64,000 bases of DNA. Origin: a virus (taxonomy: Duplodnaviria > Caudoviricetes). Under the pieces are notes generated by a model. That model saw nothing but the letters and a program-made list of their open reading frames with translations, was not told where the DNA came from and did not search any database. The translations under genes and the position numbers were made by a program. Below, piece by piece: positions 37,259 to 46,415 of the stretch (the first letter of the stretch is position 1; every line of letters begins with the position of its first letter). Location: IMG/VR virus record IMGVR_UViG_3300043754_000129, positions 192,001-256,000 of that record. One strand, written 5' to 3'.

Positions 37259-38122
37259 TTACTTGACGGCGGTCACTTCGATCGGCAACGCCTTCAGGCC
37301 GAGCTCTTCGAAGTACTGGCCCCAGAGGCCGACGAAGGCAGCTTCGACAGACTTGATGTTGAGCATCTCGCCCAGTTGTGCCGAGAGGCCGAACGCGTAA
37401 CCCGTGCTCAGGATGTACTTGTGGCCGCCGATGTGAACTTGAGCCACTGCATGACCCTGATCTTCCAGGTCCTCGACGAACTTCTTCTGGCCCGGCTCGT
37501 CTTCCGTGCGCACCGCCGAGAAGCTGACGCCGTGACCGAGATTGCCAGTCAGGCTCAGGAACGGATAGCCCGTCTCGCTGTTGTAGAGATGGATGCCCAG
37601 GTTTGCCACGGTACGAGTCTGCGCCGTTCCCATGGCCTGCATCATGCGGTTCGCCACCAGTTGCAGGGCGATCTCTTCGTTCGAACGCGGCTTGCTGTAG
37701 AAGCTCGCGTCAGCGGGTGCGCCGAAGACCATGGGACTAGCTTGCTGAGCCGTGCGCTGATGCGGGTTGCCCCACGGTGCATCCAGGTGCGTGACGAAGG
37801 CGTACGTCGTGCGGTTGCCTGCTTCGTCCGTGTCGCCCATCTGGTTGATGGCGTCGAGCAGGGTGCTGACCCATTCGCTGAAGAGGTTCTGGGTGACCTG
37901 GTAGTCGTACTGCGGACCGTACGTGATTTCTTCGAAGCGCAGCAGCACACGGGCCTTCTCCGCCGTCTTCACGTCCACCAGCGCCAGCTCGATGTGCGGC
38001 AGCTTGCTGATGTGCAGATCACGATGCGTGAAATCGACACCGACGATCTTGGTGAACGGCAGGCGCGGCAGGTGTTCTTGCAGGTCGGCGATCGAGATGG
38101 TCTTGATGACTTGCTTGTTCAT
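37259..38122 (-). CDS. Hypothetical protein, 287 aa
   Basis: ORF track; CAAGGA RBS. Confidence 0.7.
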   Translation of the reverse strand: MNKQVIKTISIADLQEHLPRLPFTKIVGVDFTHRDLHISKLPHIELALVDVKTAEKARVLLRFEEITYGPQYDYQVTQNLFSEWVSTLLDAINQMGDTDEAGNRTTYAFVTHLDAPWGNPHQRTAQQASPMVFGAPADASFYSKPRSNEEIALQLVANRMMQAMGTAQTRTVANLGIHLYNSETGYPFLSLTGNLGHGVSFSAVRTEDEPGQKKFVEDLEDQGHAVAQVHIGGHKYILSTGYAFGLSAQLGEMLNIKSVEAAFVGLWGQYFEELGLKALPIEVTAVK

Positions 38123-38188
38123 GGTTCGTTTCCTTGATAACGTTCGATAGGGGTACTACAGTGGGGAAAGGGTACTGCTAAAAAACTG

Positions 38189-38539
38189 TTAGCTCATGTT
38201 GACGAGTTGATCGATCTTGCCGTCCTTGAGCATGAAACCGATGACGACCGTGTTCTCCAACTTCTCTGGCGTATCGCTCTTCGAGATGTTCATGTGGAAG
38301 ACGATGAGTTCACACTGCAACTCTTCCTTGGTCTCGGGGTTCTTCACCGTCGCATCCCGGTCGATGCCCATGCCAAGGCCGATCTTCAACGGACCGTAGC
38401 GATCACGCTGCGCGCGCACTGTGTCGGCGATGTAGTCCAACATGTCTTGCGTGGCGCCGAACTCGCGCAGCTTAGCGAACACGTTTTCCATCGTATCGGT
38501 GTTGGTGTTCGCGATCGGTTCCAGGTGCTTCTTTGCCAT
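38189..38539 (-). CDS. Hypothetical protein, 116 aa
   Basis: ORF track; AAGGAG RBS. Confidence 0.7.
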   Translation of the reverse strand: MAKKHLEPIANTNTDTMENVFAKLREFGATQDMLDYIADTVRAQRDRYGPLKIGLGMGIDRDATVKNPETKEELQCELIVFHMNISKSDTPEKLENTVVIGFMLKDGKIDQLVNMS

Positions 38540-38549
38540 GAAGATCTCC

Positions 38550-38999
38550 TTAATGGACAGAGACGGACGGTTGTTTGGCCTTGGACTTCGTGTTCCAGCG
38601 CGAGTTCTTCACGGGCGCTGCGGCCGGCTTGCGGAATTGATAGCCGTCAAGCATGACCGTGTGCTCACGCATGTAACGCACGTCCTTGTTGATGGTGCCC
38701 GCACTGAGACCAAGCATCTCAGAGATACGCTTCTGCGTATAACCTTCGAAGAGCATCTTCGCGATGATCGGGTTGCGGTCCTCTTGCGCCATCCAGTACG
38801 AGAACACTTCCACGTTGTTGCGGAAGAAACGCACGCGGTGCTTGACGTCGCCCGTCTTCACATTACCGACAAAGACTTCCAGCATCGTGAGACCATTGAA
38901 CTGGTCCGTTTTGATCTGCACACGGCGCTTGGACTTCTTGTTCGTTTGATACGCTTGCAGGATGGCGTCTTCAACGACGTCGAGTTCTTTCGTATTCAT
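38550..38999 (-). CDS. HTH-containing DNA-binding protein
   Basis: GYTQKRISEMLGLSAGTINKDV. Confidence 0.7.
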   Translation of the reverse strand: MNTKELDVVEDAILQAYQTNKKSKRRVQIKTDQFNGLTMLEVFVGNVKTGDVKHRVRFFRNNVEVFSYWMAQEDRNPIIAKMLFEGYTQKRISEMLGLSAGTINKDVRYMREHTVMLDGYQFRKPAAAPVKNSRWNTKSKAKQPSVSVH

Positions 39000-39078
39000 T
39001 GCTTTACCTTTCGTTTCAGTTGGTTTAGATTAATTGAACTACTCAGGGGGCTTGCTCAGAACCCCCTGTCCTACTTCG

Positions 39079-40545
39079 TTACGCCATCGGGATCCGTTCG
39101 AAGATCACATTCAACAGAGCCCCAATGCCGTCAGCGACATTGGCAAGTTCCGACATCTGGTCCGTCTTGCGCGCCAACACCGGACTGACCAAGCCATCCA
39201 TAAAGGACGGCATGACGAAACGTTTCTTCTTGCCGAAATCCGGCGTCATCGAGATGTCCACAATCGTGAGACCGTTGAGACTGGCTTCCACGTTCATGTA
39301 CAGCGGGATGGTGTAATTGCCCGACCACTGCGGGATGTTCGCTGCGAGCATCTCCAGCACGAACTCTTCCTTCGCGCGACTGTCGTGGGCCGGCAAGAGA
39401 CCCGCCAGATCCACCACCGAGAAGCTCAAGCCCGACTCGCGCCAGTTACCCGACGTGCCCGACATTTCCAGCGAGAACACCAGCTTCGTGAGTCCGGTCT
39501 GACCCATGGCTGCCGGCACCTGAATGGCCACCGCATACGCGATCAGCGCTTCGAGGCTCTCTTCATCCCAGTCGCTGTAACGGCTGGAGTGCACGAGATC
39601 CTTATCCGCATTGCTGCCCGTCACGATGGTCATGCGCTCACCCACTGACGCATCGATACGCAGGAGATCTTCCATCTTGAATTCCCGCGTCGCACCCGCT
39701 GCACGATCGCCCACGAGTTCACGCAGGAACGGATTCATGCCGGCCGGCGATTCCTGGATGCGACTGCGAGCTTCTTCCAGCAGATCCGACTGATGGGTGT
39801 TAGCCCGTGCGCCTTCGAGCGCCGTCACATAACCGTCCAGAATCTTCGCGAGCAGATGCGCCGGGTTCACGTTCATGCGATCCGATGCGCGGGGCGTCGA
39901 GCCCACGATCGTGCGCATATCCACCAACGCACCACCCACCATTTCGGGCGCCACTTCCAGTGCGCTCAGGCGCGCCAGGATGTCACACGGGCGCAGCGAT
40001 TCGACGACGTTGGCACTGTTGAAGTTGCCAGCGAAATTCGCATCACTGTAGTAGTGGTGGTTGGCGACCATCTGGGTGTACGGCGCCACGTGGCTTTCCG
40101 GGGCACCCGGATGGCTGCGCGCGGTGACGATCGAGTTGATGTGGAAGGTGAGCGCATTCAGCTGGGCATCGCTGATCTTGCCGTCTAGCACTTCGGCGAC
40201 CGTGTCGGTGTAGCCGTAGACCGTGAGGATCTGCTTGCCGGAAAAGGCCACCGGCTTGACTTCAACTTCAATAGCGAAAGAGTAGCGCGGAGTGTTCCAG
40301 CCCAGGGGCGGCGGGAAGGCGGGCTGTGCTTCGCCCGAGTAGCGCAGGAAGGAACTGATGTGAGGTGCGATCTTGCTGGGGGTGACACGGTCGACGTCGA
40401 CGAGGTCTTCGACTTTCAGGACCTCGTTGATCAGCGCCTCGTTATCTTCGGGTCGACCGACCACGTCAAAGGGTCGACGAAATTGCGGACGAAAGCCCGG
40501 CATTTCAGCGAGGAGGATCTTGCGGATATGGATGGCGTGTTTCAT
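39079..40545 (-). CDS. Hypothetical protein, 488 aa
   Basis: ORF track; AACCAAGGA RBS; no family recognised with confidence. Confidence 0.7.
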   Translation of the reverse strand: MKHAIHIRKILLAEMPGFRPQFRRPFDVVGRPEDNEALINEVLKVEDLVDVDRVTPSKIAPHISSFLRYSGEAQPAFPPPLGWNTPRYSFAIEVEVKPVAFSGKQILTVYGYTDTVAEVLDGKISDAQLNALTFHINSIVTARSHPGAPESHVAPYTQMVANHHYYSDANFAGNFNSANVVESLRPCDILARLSALEVAPEMVGGALVDMRTIVGSTPRASDRMNVNPAHLLAKILDGYVTALEGARANTHQSDLLEEARSRIQESPAGMNPFLRELVGDRAAGATREFKMEDLLRIDASVGERMTIVTGSNADKDLVHSSRYSDWDEESLEALIAYAVAIQVPAAMGQTGLTKLVFSLEMSGTSGNWRESGLSFSVVDLAGLLPAHDSRAKEEFVLEMLAANIPQWSGNYTIPLYMNVEASLNGLTIVDISMTPDFGKKKRFVMPSFMDGLVSPVLARKTDQMSELANVADGIGALLNVIFERIPMA

Positions 40546-40580
40546 GGGTTTTCCTTGGTTTGATGTTCTTGGCTTGGGCG

Positions 40581-40877
40581 TTAGTGGGGAGTTACGCCGT
40601 CGCGCATTACGACCTGGTGGTTGTAGTAGAACTTGCCGGAGGCTTCGTCCATGTAGACGTTGAAGTCCATCGGCACGTTCGGCATCACATCAACTTCGAT
40701 CGTGCCCACCTGAACGCCACCGTGCAACGAGTCACGGTTGCCGAGCATGGCAGCACTTTGGTCAAACGTCACCATGGCATCGGTGTTATCCGCTTGCGGA
40801 CCCAAGGAGACCTTGGCTGCCGTGAGCGTGAAGGACGCGCCGGGGGTGAGAAAGACTTGTTGATTCACGAGCGACAT
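40581..40877 (-). CDS. Hypothetical protein, 98 aa
   Basis: ORF track. Confidence 0.6.
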   Translation of the reverse strand: MSLVNQQVFLTPGASFTLTAAKVSLGPQADNTDAMVTFDQSAAMLGNRDSLHGGVQVGTIEVDVMPNVPMDFNVYMDEASGKFYYNHQVVMRDGVTPH

Positions 40878-40880
40878 TCT

Positions 40881-41465
40881 TTAACCTTGGGGGTAGAATA
40901 ACGGTTTCAGTTCGGTCATCCACTGTTGGGCGGACTTCCCCTTGTCTTTCATTTCGTCGGCGAGTGCCATCGACATGGCGGACCACTGCATCTCGAGCAG
41001 CTCAGCCTCTTGCTCGTCGGTGAGTTTCTTCGGCTTCGATTCGCCGTCGATGTAACCCCACTCCTGCATGCTGAAGGCCAAGCGATACACCGCATGGCAG
41101 AACGCTTCGTGGTCCGCAGCACTGGTGACGTACTTCGCGAAGAAGAGGTCCAGTGCCTTGACGCTCCAGTAATCCTGCGATGCCATTGCGCAGCCAGACG
41201 CCACGAGTTTGCCGCCCTGAATCTTCTCGACTTCTTCGGGCGTATTCCACTTGGCGTAATTCGGCGCGTACTCGAGGATCGCTTCGTAAGTGCCGAACTG
41301 CTGGTTCATGCCACCCACGAGGTCATGCATCATCCCGCGAAGTTCCTTGGACTTCTCAGGACTCAGAAAGCTGTGGGCAATGCGCTCCTTCGCCTTGAAC
41401 GAGAGGAACGGCAGTTTGAACGCGGCGTTGAACAGCCGCATGTGAAGGGGCACGGGCTTGTCCAT
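40881..41465 (-). CDS. Hypothetical protein, 194 aa
   Basis: ORF track; GGAGGAG RBS. Confidence 0.7.
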   Translation of the reverse strand: MDKPVPLHMRLFNAAFKLPFLSFKAKERIAHSFLSPEKSKELRGMMHDLVGGMNQQFGTYEAILEYAPNYAKWNTPEEVEKIQGGKLVASGCAMASQDYWSVKALDLFFAKYVTSAADHEAFCHAVYRLAFSMQEWGYIDGESKPKKLTDEQEAELLEMQWSAMSMALADEMKDKGKSAQQWMTELKPLFYPQG

Positions 41466-41477
41466 GCGGCTCTCCTC

Positions 41478-42197
41478 CTAACTATCGAAACCAAACACGA
41501 AGCGTACTTTGCCGTACGTATCGTGCAGGCGTTGAACTTCCTTGAAGAAGTAAGACAGTTCATCCTTCAAGGTCTTTTCCCATGTGACGCGCACGTAGTC
41601 CCAAGGGCCACTCACCTTGCCGACTTCGCACTCGTTGATGGTGACGGTGTCTTTGCCCCAGATGCCACCGAACCATTCCTGTGGTTGGCTCACCTTGTCC
41701 CAGGCTTCAAACATCGGCTTGGAGAGCACACCGATCTTCACCCGAGGTATGTTCGCCTCGTTGTTGAACCAATTCAGCATCTCGTCTGACATGAGCCAGC
41801 TGAAACTGTGATCCCCCATCCAGATCGCACATTCATGCAATGTGATGGTATCGTCGCTGTAGCGATAACCGGTAAGAACACCGATCGTGTCTGGATCCAT
41901 GGACTTCGCTTCGAGGGGATGGTCTTGTTCCCACCACCCCCGTCTAAACGGCACGAGTGCTTCCACGTGGGTCGGGTGCTCCCAGCAGTAATACTCGAAA
42001 TCCTTGGGTAAGCCGCGCGGAGCAGAGATGGGTCTGATCCACTCCGCATACGGCACCCCAGCGAAGCCATATCCATTGCGTACGTCCGCAAGCGCGGCAA
42101 AGAGCTGGTAGTGGCGTTCGTCGTCCCAGAAGGTAGCAACGTCCACCCACTCCCCGTCAATGCGCGCCTGGAAGACGCTATGGATATCGCAACCCAT
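41478..42197 (-). CDS. Conserved phage hypothetical protein (MGCDIH family)
   Basis: MGCDIH...RHYQLFAALADVRNG...RGLP and C-terminal VRFVFGFDS. Confidence 0.75.
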   Translation of the reverse strand: MGCDIHSVFQARIDGEWVDVATFWDDERHYQLFAALADVRNGYGFAGVPYAEWIRPISAPRGLPKDFEYYCWEHPTHVEALVPFRRGWWEQDHPLEAKSMDPDTIGVLTGYRYSDDTITLHECAIWMGDHSFSWLMSDEMLNWFNNEANIPRVKIGVLSKPMFEAWDKVSQPQEWFGGIWGKDTVTINECEVGKVSGPWDYVRVTWEKTLKDELSYFFKEVQRLHDTYGKVRFVFGFDS

Positions 42198-42199
42198 CG

Positions 42200-42712
42200 T
42201 CAGCCTTTAGCAGGTGAGAGATCGGTGGTCCGCTCCGGGGAGTCCTTGTAGAAGTAGAAGCGTTCGGTGTAACGCTCCATGTAGACTTCATGGACAATGG
42301 CCGGGTCGTCGTTGTCGGTGAATTCCCCGACGAGTGCACCTTGCGGTTCACCGTTGACCTTGTAGTCCGGGTCGACCTTGCCACCGGCCAGATCGATGAC
42401 GGCACCCCAGTCGATCTTCACATCGCCCGACGTGCACAGCGCGCCGATCCTGATAGCCGCGCCATGAACGAGCGTGAAGCCGTCGTTCCAGGCGAGGTAG
42501 TTGCGTTGATGCGGGTCCGGGGTATGAACCGAGACGGTCGCGCCGAGGGCGAGCGCGCCGGCTGCGGTGTCAACCGGATGTTCGTGGACGACGGCAATGT
42601 TCGTGCCATCGGTCACACGGGAGACTTCAAAGTCCGGACCACCTTCAACGCCAGGGGTCGTGAACACTTCAACCGAGGTCCCGTCGCCAACCTTCTTTTC
42701 CGTGGAAGTCAT
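42200..42712 (-). CDS. Hypothetical protein, 170 aa
   Basis: ORF track; AAGGAG RBS. Confidence 0.65.
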   Translation of the reverse strand: MTSTEKKVGDGTSVEVFTTPGVEGGPDFEVSRVTDGTNIAVVHEHPVDTAAGALALGATVSVHTPDPHQRNYLAWNDGFTLVHGAAIRIGALCTSGDVKIDWGAVIDLAGGKVDPDYKVNGEPQGALVGEFTDNDDPAIVHEVYMERYTERFYFYKDSPERTTDLSPAKG

Positions 42713-42828
42713 GTGCGCTCCTTGAGTTTGCGCATTTCCCTTTCAAAATGATCCTCCATCGCCCACCGGACTTTACGCCGTTCGGGGTTCATGAGGATCC
42801 ACTCACACAACCGCACAATCGCCTTCAC
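42709..42828 (-). CDS. Small protein, 39 aa (not in ORF track)
   Basis: GTG start overlaps the upstream TGA and its stop overlaps the downstream ATG. Confidence 0.45.
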   Translation of the reverse strand: MKAIVRLCEWILMNPERRKVRWAMEDHFEREMRKLKERT

Positions 42829-43274
42829 CACGACGGTGGAGCGTATTGCGGGTTGTGGCCTCTCACCATTTTCTGGCTGGTGGTGCTCTTGAGGATCAGG
42901 TCCGTCGGGGTGACGTCCTGAGCCTTAAACTGGCTGCACTCGGTCATGCGACACATGCCCATCAGTTCCTTGATGTCGGTCGCGATGGTGGTCGATGACA
43001 CGCCGATGAGTTCGGCGATTTCCTTCGCCACGCAACCCGAGCGGTACATCTCTTCCACGATGGGCAGGCGAAGTTCTTTGGGCAGGTGGTAGTAAGCGAT
43101 CGGGGTTTCCTGATGGAACCAGCGGCGCTCGATCTTGGCCGAGATTTCGCTCTTCACGAGAACGTAATCGCCAAAGTGCAGCAATTCCACTTTACCTCTG
43201 TACGGCGGCTTCGCATCCATGGCCTGCTGTGAGACACCTGCGAAATACTCGTATACGGGGGAGAGCGGCTTCAT
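42825..43274 (-). CDS. HTH-containing protein, possible paralog of 38550-38999
   Basis: GCVAKEIAELIGVSSTTIATDI. Confidence 0.65.
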   Translation of the reverse strand: MKPLSPVYEYFAGVSQQAMDAKPPYRGKVELLHFGDYVLVKSEISAKIERRWFHQETPIAYYHLPKELRLPIVEEMYRSGCVAKEIAELIGVSSTTIATDIKELMGMCRMTECSQFKAQDVTPTDLILKSTTSQKMVRGHNPQYAPPSW

Positions 43275-43472
43275 TTAATTCATTCCTCTTGTTGTGATCC
43301 TCTAGTCAACTAATAGCACGGCGCCGTCAGTTTTACCCAACGGACTCAGAAGGATGATATATGGTTGTTTTTTCGATGAAACGGCATAAAACTGGAAGTG
43401 GCCGCCCCGCGTCCGAAGACACGTGACGGACACCTCGCCGAGGCCCTACATAGCATTACCCTGTGGGTATTT

Positions 43473-44057
43473 TTACACAGGCTTCTGACCTTCCCAGTGG
43501 ATTGCGTCTTCCACCGCCCACTTGTCCTTGCGCCCGTTCTTGCTCAGGTCGTACCAGTGGGTGTAGTCTTCGAGCTTGCCGCCGTAGGCTTCCTGCGCAC
43601 CCCGCAGACGTGCCACCCAGTTGGGGATGTCCGGATGTTTGCCGTACTGGCTCACGTTACAGACGATCGCGCCACCGGGCAACAGATGCTCCCAGAGAAT
43701 GGGGATGAGGTTGACTTCCGCCCGGCCTGCACAGGACAGGTAGATGGCGTCGGGGCGTTGCAGATCGCTCAGGTCAGCGTAGCAGGCATCGCGCAGATGG
43801 ATGTCGATGTCCGCCGGGTTCACGCCATGGCGCTCCATGTTCTCACGAGCAACCGCCGGATAGTCCGGGTTCACCTCGATGCCGATCAGCTTCACGTCCC
43901 GATAGCGCAGCTTCGACTCGATGAGCACCTTACCGGTGCCGCAGCCCACGTCCCAGATGCAAGTCGGCTTCTGGGGGAACGCGAGAAAGGCACGGATCAC
44001 CATGGAGGTCGGCGTCTCGTCAACCGTCTCCAATGACTTGTAGATTCGCTTTGGCAT
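43473..44057 (-). CDS. Class I SAM-dependent methyltransferase (CbiT-like)
   Basis: IWDVGCGTGKV motif I, IGIE, PDAIYL, LLPGGAIVCN. Confidence 0.8.
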   Translation of the reverse strand: MPKRIYKSLETVDETPTSMVIRAFLAFPQKPTCIWDVGCGTGKVLIESKLRYRDVKLIGIEVNPDYPAVARENMERHGVNPADIDIHLRDACYADLSDLQRPDAIYLSCAGRAEVNLIPILWEHLLPGGAIVCNVSQYGKHPDIPNWVARLRGAQEAYGGKLEDYTHWYDLSKNGRKDKWAVEDAIHWEGQKPV

Positions 44058-44103
44058 TTATCAACCTAACAGAATAAGCGGGGAGCCGAAGCTCCCCTTG
44101 GCG

Positions 44104-44550
44104 TTAGCCCATTTTCGAAACGTCGACGCCCTTGGCAGCCGCAGCCATCGAGGCTTGTGCTTCCTTGGGATCGTGCATGGCCTGCTTGGTCACGTCGGTG
44201 ATGGCCGTGTCCACCGCATTGGTGACGGCACCATCGACGGCATTGACCGCATCAGTTTTCAGTTCCGCCCAGATCGCCACGTACTTGCCGGTCTTGTACA
44301 GATACCAAGCCGAAGCCGCAAGCAGCGCCCAAACGAGCCAATGCTGTTGCAGTTCATACGCGACGACCGCGGTCACGATGATGACCACACGCGTCGTGAT
44401 GATCGTCGGGGCGAGACCGAACTTGCCCACGAGCCATTGCATCCAGGCCACGGTTTGCGTAGCCTTCTGGTTCTCGCTGATCCATTGGCCGATGCCGCTG
44501 GTGAACTGGAGCGCGATGAGCGCGAGTGCTGCGAAGAAAAGAAGTGACAT
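44104..44550 (-). CDS. Multi-pass membrane protein, holin-like candidate
   Basis: Three hydrophobic segments and a charged C-terminus; start moved to MSLLFF. Confidence 0.55.
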   Translation of the reverse strand: MSLLFFAALALIALQFTSGIGQWISENQKATQTVAWMQWLVGKFGLAPTIITTRVVIIVTAVVAYELQQHWLVWALLAASAWYLYKTGKYVAIWAELKTDAVNAVDGAVTNAVDTAITDVTKQAMHDPKEAQASMAAAAKGVDVSKMG

Positions 44551-44552
44551 AA

Positions 44553-44921
44553 CTAACTCCGATCGTTGAAGTTGAACCCACACACCATAGCGCTTTTCCC
44601 GACCCGGTTCTTCTCATGCTTGGGTCGGATCGTGTACGGGTTGTGGATGCGTTCATCCCAATCGGGTAAGTCGATCGTCTGACTGCGGTACTGATGGTGC
44701 GTGTCGAAGAAGTACTCCAGCTTCCCATCGGTGATGTGATAGTGGCACTCCGTCTTCCGCATGCCCTGATCGTGCGCCAACGAGGGTCGCACAGTGGGCG
44801 TGGCTTCGTCACCCGTAATCTGCCAGGTGACCTTGCCGTCTGTATAGATCCAGTGACTGCATTCGCAGCCCGGGCACCAGTGACAGAACACACCGGGGCG
44901 CATCTCCTTGAACTTAGACAC
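44553..44921 (-). CDS. Cys/His-rich Zn-binding protein (DUF6527-like)
   Basis: HWCPGCECSHW...PTVRPSL...CHYHITDGKLEY; GTG start overlaps the DHFR stop. Confidence 0.65.
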   Translation of the reverse strand: MSKFKEMRPGVFCHWCPGCECSHWIYTDGKVTWQITGDEATPTVRPSLAHDQGMRKTECHYHITDGKLEYFFDTHHQYRSQTIDLPDWDERIHNPYTIRPKHEKNRVGKSAMVCGFNFNDRS

Positions 44922-45405
44922 GGTCCCAATGCTCGAAGGTGTAGCCGAAGTGTTCGTTCTCGTGCACGAAGCCCACAGACATCTCGAACTGATTGCGATC
45001 GATCGCCGGGAAGTACGTGTCGCCCTCGAACTCCTTGTGAATGCGAGTGAGGTAGATGTGGTCGGCGAACGGCAATGCCTGACGATAGATGTCCGCGCCG
45101 CCGATGATGTAGCAGAACGAACGACCTTCACGACGGCAGTGGTTCAGCGCGCCTTCCAACGAGTCACGCACCGTGAGGAGGGGCAGTGCGGGGTCACGCA
45201 TCGTGCGGGAGACGACGATGTTGCTGCGCATCACAAGCGGCTTGCCGATCGACTCGTACGTCTTGCGGCCCATCACCACTGCATTGCCCGTGGTCGTCTC
45301 TTTGAAGTGCTTCATGTCTTCCGGGAATTGGCCCATCCACGGAATTTGTCCTTTGTTGCCGATGACACGGTTGCTTGCCATCGCGGCGATCAGAATCGTT
45401 TTCAT
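44914..45405 (-). CDS. folA: Dihydrofolate reductase
   Basis: IAAMASNRVIGNKGQIPW, DMKHFK, VVMGRKTYESIG, IIGGADIY, GDTYFP. Confidence 0.95.
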   Translation of the reverse strand: MKTILIAAMASNRVIGNKGQIPWMGQFPEDMKHFKETTTGNAVVMGRKTYESIGKPLVMRSNIVVSRTMRDPALPLLTVRDSLEGALNHCRREGRSFCYIIGGADIYRQALPFADHIYLTRIHKEFEGDTYFPAIDRNQFEMSVGFVHENEHFGYTFEHWDRV

Positions 45406-45481
45406 TTCTTCGTTATGAATAGGTGAATGGAGTTCCCGGCATTGCTGCCTATGTCATTGCACTGCACAATGAAATCTTACT

Positions 45482-46069
45482 TCACCACTTCAAATAAGCG
45501 GGCAACGATTCCGTAGCTACCTTGTCATGTTGCTGGCCAAAGAACACAAGGTCCTGCGCACGGTCCGTCTTCTTAAAGCGCGCATCCTCACAGAGCTTGT
45601 TCTTCTGCGGCTCCAGCGAGTGATCGTTATACGGGTAGATGGTCAGGCCCGGATCACTCTTATCCACCCAAGCATTGATCTTGCCAAGCGGGACGATCTC
45701 CACGGGATCGAGTACGCAGTACTCATGCGTGACATGCGCGTCCCACACGAGGCGTTCCTTCGTGAGTTCCATTGGCGTCTTGATGCGGACCTTCTGGCCC
45801 GGCTTCATCTGGTAGACAAAGAAGTCCACGCCGTTCTTCTGTCCCTCGTCCGAGAAGAGTTTCTCATAGACGTTGGGGATGATGGCTTGCAGGCAATGAA
45901 AGATGCTCGGCGCAAACGACACACGCGGTGCCGTGAACTCTTTCAGAATGCCTTGGTCTTTGTCATCACTGCCAGCGGGCTTGCGTGGTGCGAGCATCTT
46001 CGGTAGCCGGCCGTCAAACGTGATGTGAAACAATCGCGGGATGTTATTCACAGTCTTCTCCTTGTACAC
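45482..46069 (-). CDS. Probable virion protein, possibly ART-like fold
   Basis: LFHIT...PRVSFAPSIFHCL; C-terminal VATE protease-type site then SLPAYLKW. Confidence 0.5.
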   Translation of the reverse strand: MYKEKTVNNIPRLFHITFDGRLPKMLAPRKPAGSDDKDQGILKEFTAPRVSFAPSIFHCLQAIIPNVYEKLFSDEGQKNGVDFFVYQMKPGQKVRIKTPMELTKERLVWDAHVTHEYCVLDPVEIVPLGKINAWVDKSDPGLTIYPYNDHSLEPQKNKLCEDARFKKTDRAQDLVFFGQQHDKVATESLPAYLKW

Positions 46070-46075
46070 AAAATT

Positions 46076-46106
46076 GACGGCATAAAAGCCAGGCCGAAGC
46101 CTGGCT
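46076..46106 (-). terminator. Terminator ending the tRNA cluster
   Basis: AGCCAGGC-TTCG-GCCTGGCT followed by TTTATGCCGTC. Confidence 0.85.
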
Positions 46107-46111
46107 CAATA

Positions 46112-46201
46112 TGGCAGAGAGAAAGGGATTCGAACCCTTGGTGCAGTTGCCCACACATCGCCTTAGCAGGGCGACTCTTTAAACCGCTCGGACATCTCTC
46201 T
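46112..46201 (-). tRNA. tRNA-Ser(GCT)
   Basis: 7-bp acceptor, TCGCC-CT-GCT-AA-GGCGA anticodon arm, long variable arm, G73, encoded CCA. Confidence 0.92.
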
Positions 46202-46206
46202 AGAAA

Positions 46207-46290
46207 AGGGGAGCGGGCTGCAAGTGGTTTCGAGCCACCACCAAACTATCGATGCATGCATTCACGATAGCCCAGTTCCTACCGGAGCCC
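46207..46290 (-). ncRNA. tRNA-like cloverleaf with 13-nt palindrome-containing loop; not a canonical tRNA
   Basis: D-like stem CCGGT/ACTGG, stem CTATCG/CGATAG around TGAATGCATGCAT, T-like arm GGTGG-CTCGAAA-CCACT, bulged acceptor, no CCA. Confidence 0.45.
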
Positions 46291-46312
46291 CGCACTGAAG
46301 AAAAAAGGAAAG

Positions 46313-46392
46313 TGGGGCGCCGTAGGGGATTTGAACCCCTGTCTCCGATTCGTGCACGAACCAGCATCCTAGGCCTCTAGAAGAACAGCACC
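46313..46392 (-). tRNA. Atypical tRNA with His acceptor identity (G-1:C73) and sealed, extended anticodon arm
   Basis: Acceptor GTGCTGT/ACGGCGC, G-1, C73, CCA; normal D and T arms; 20-nt anticodon arm containing TTCGTGCACGAA. Confidence 0.7.
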
Positions 46393-46415
46393 ACTGTGAA
46401 ACACCAAACACCTTA

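Noticed and set aside
39079-40545. Phage nuclear shell protein (chimallin) or another named core gene
   Set aside because: No recognisable similarity to the chimallin sequence as I recall it; left as hypothetical pending an HMM search.
26209-44550. A defined lysis cassette (holin candidates at 26209 and 44104)
   Set aside because: The topology is holin-like, but no endolysin or spanin is adjacent; kept only as low-confidence calls.
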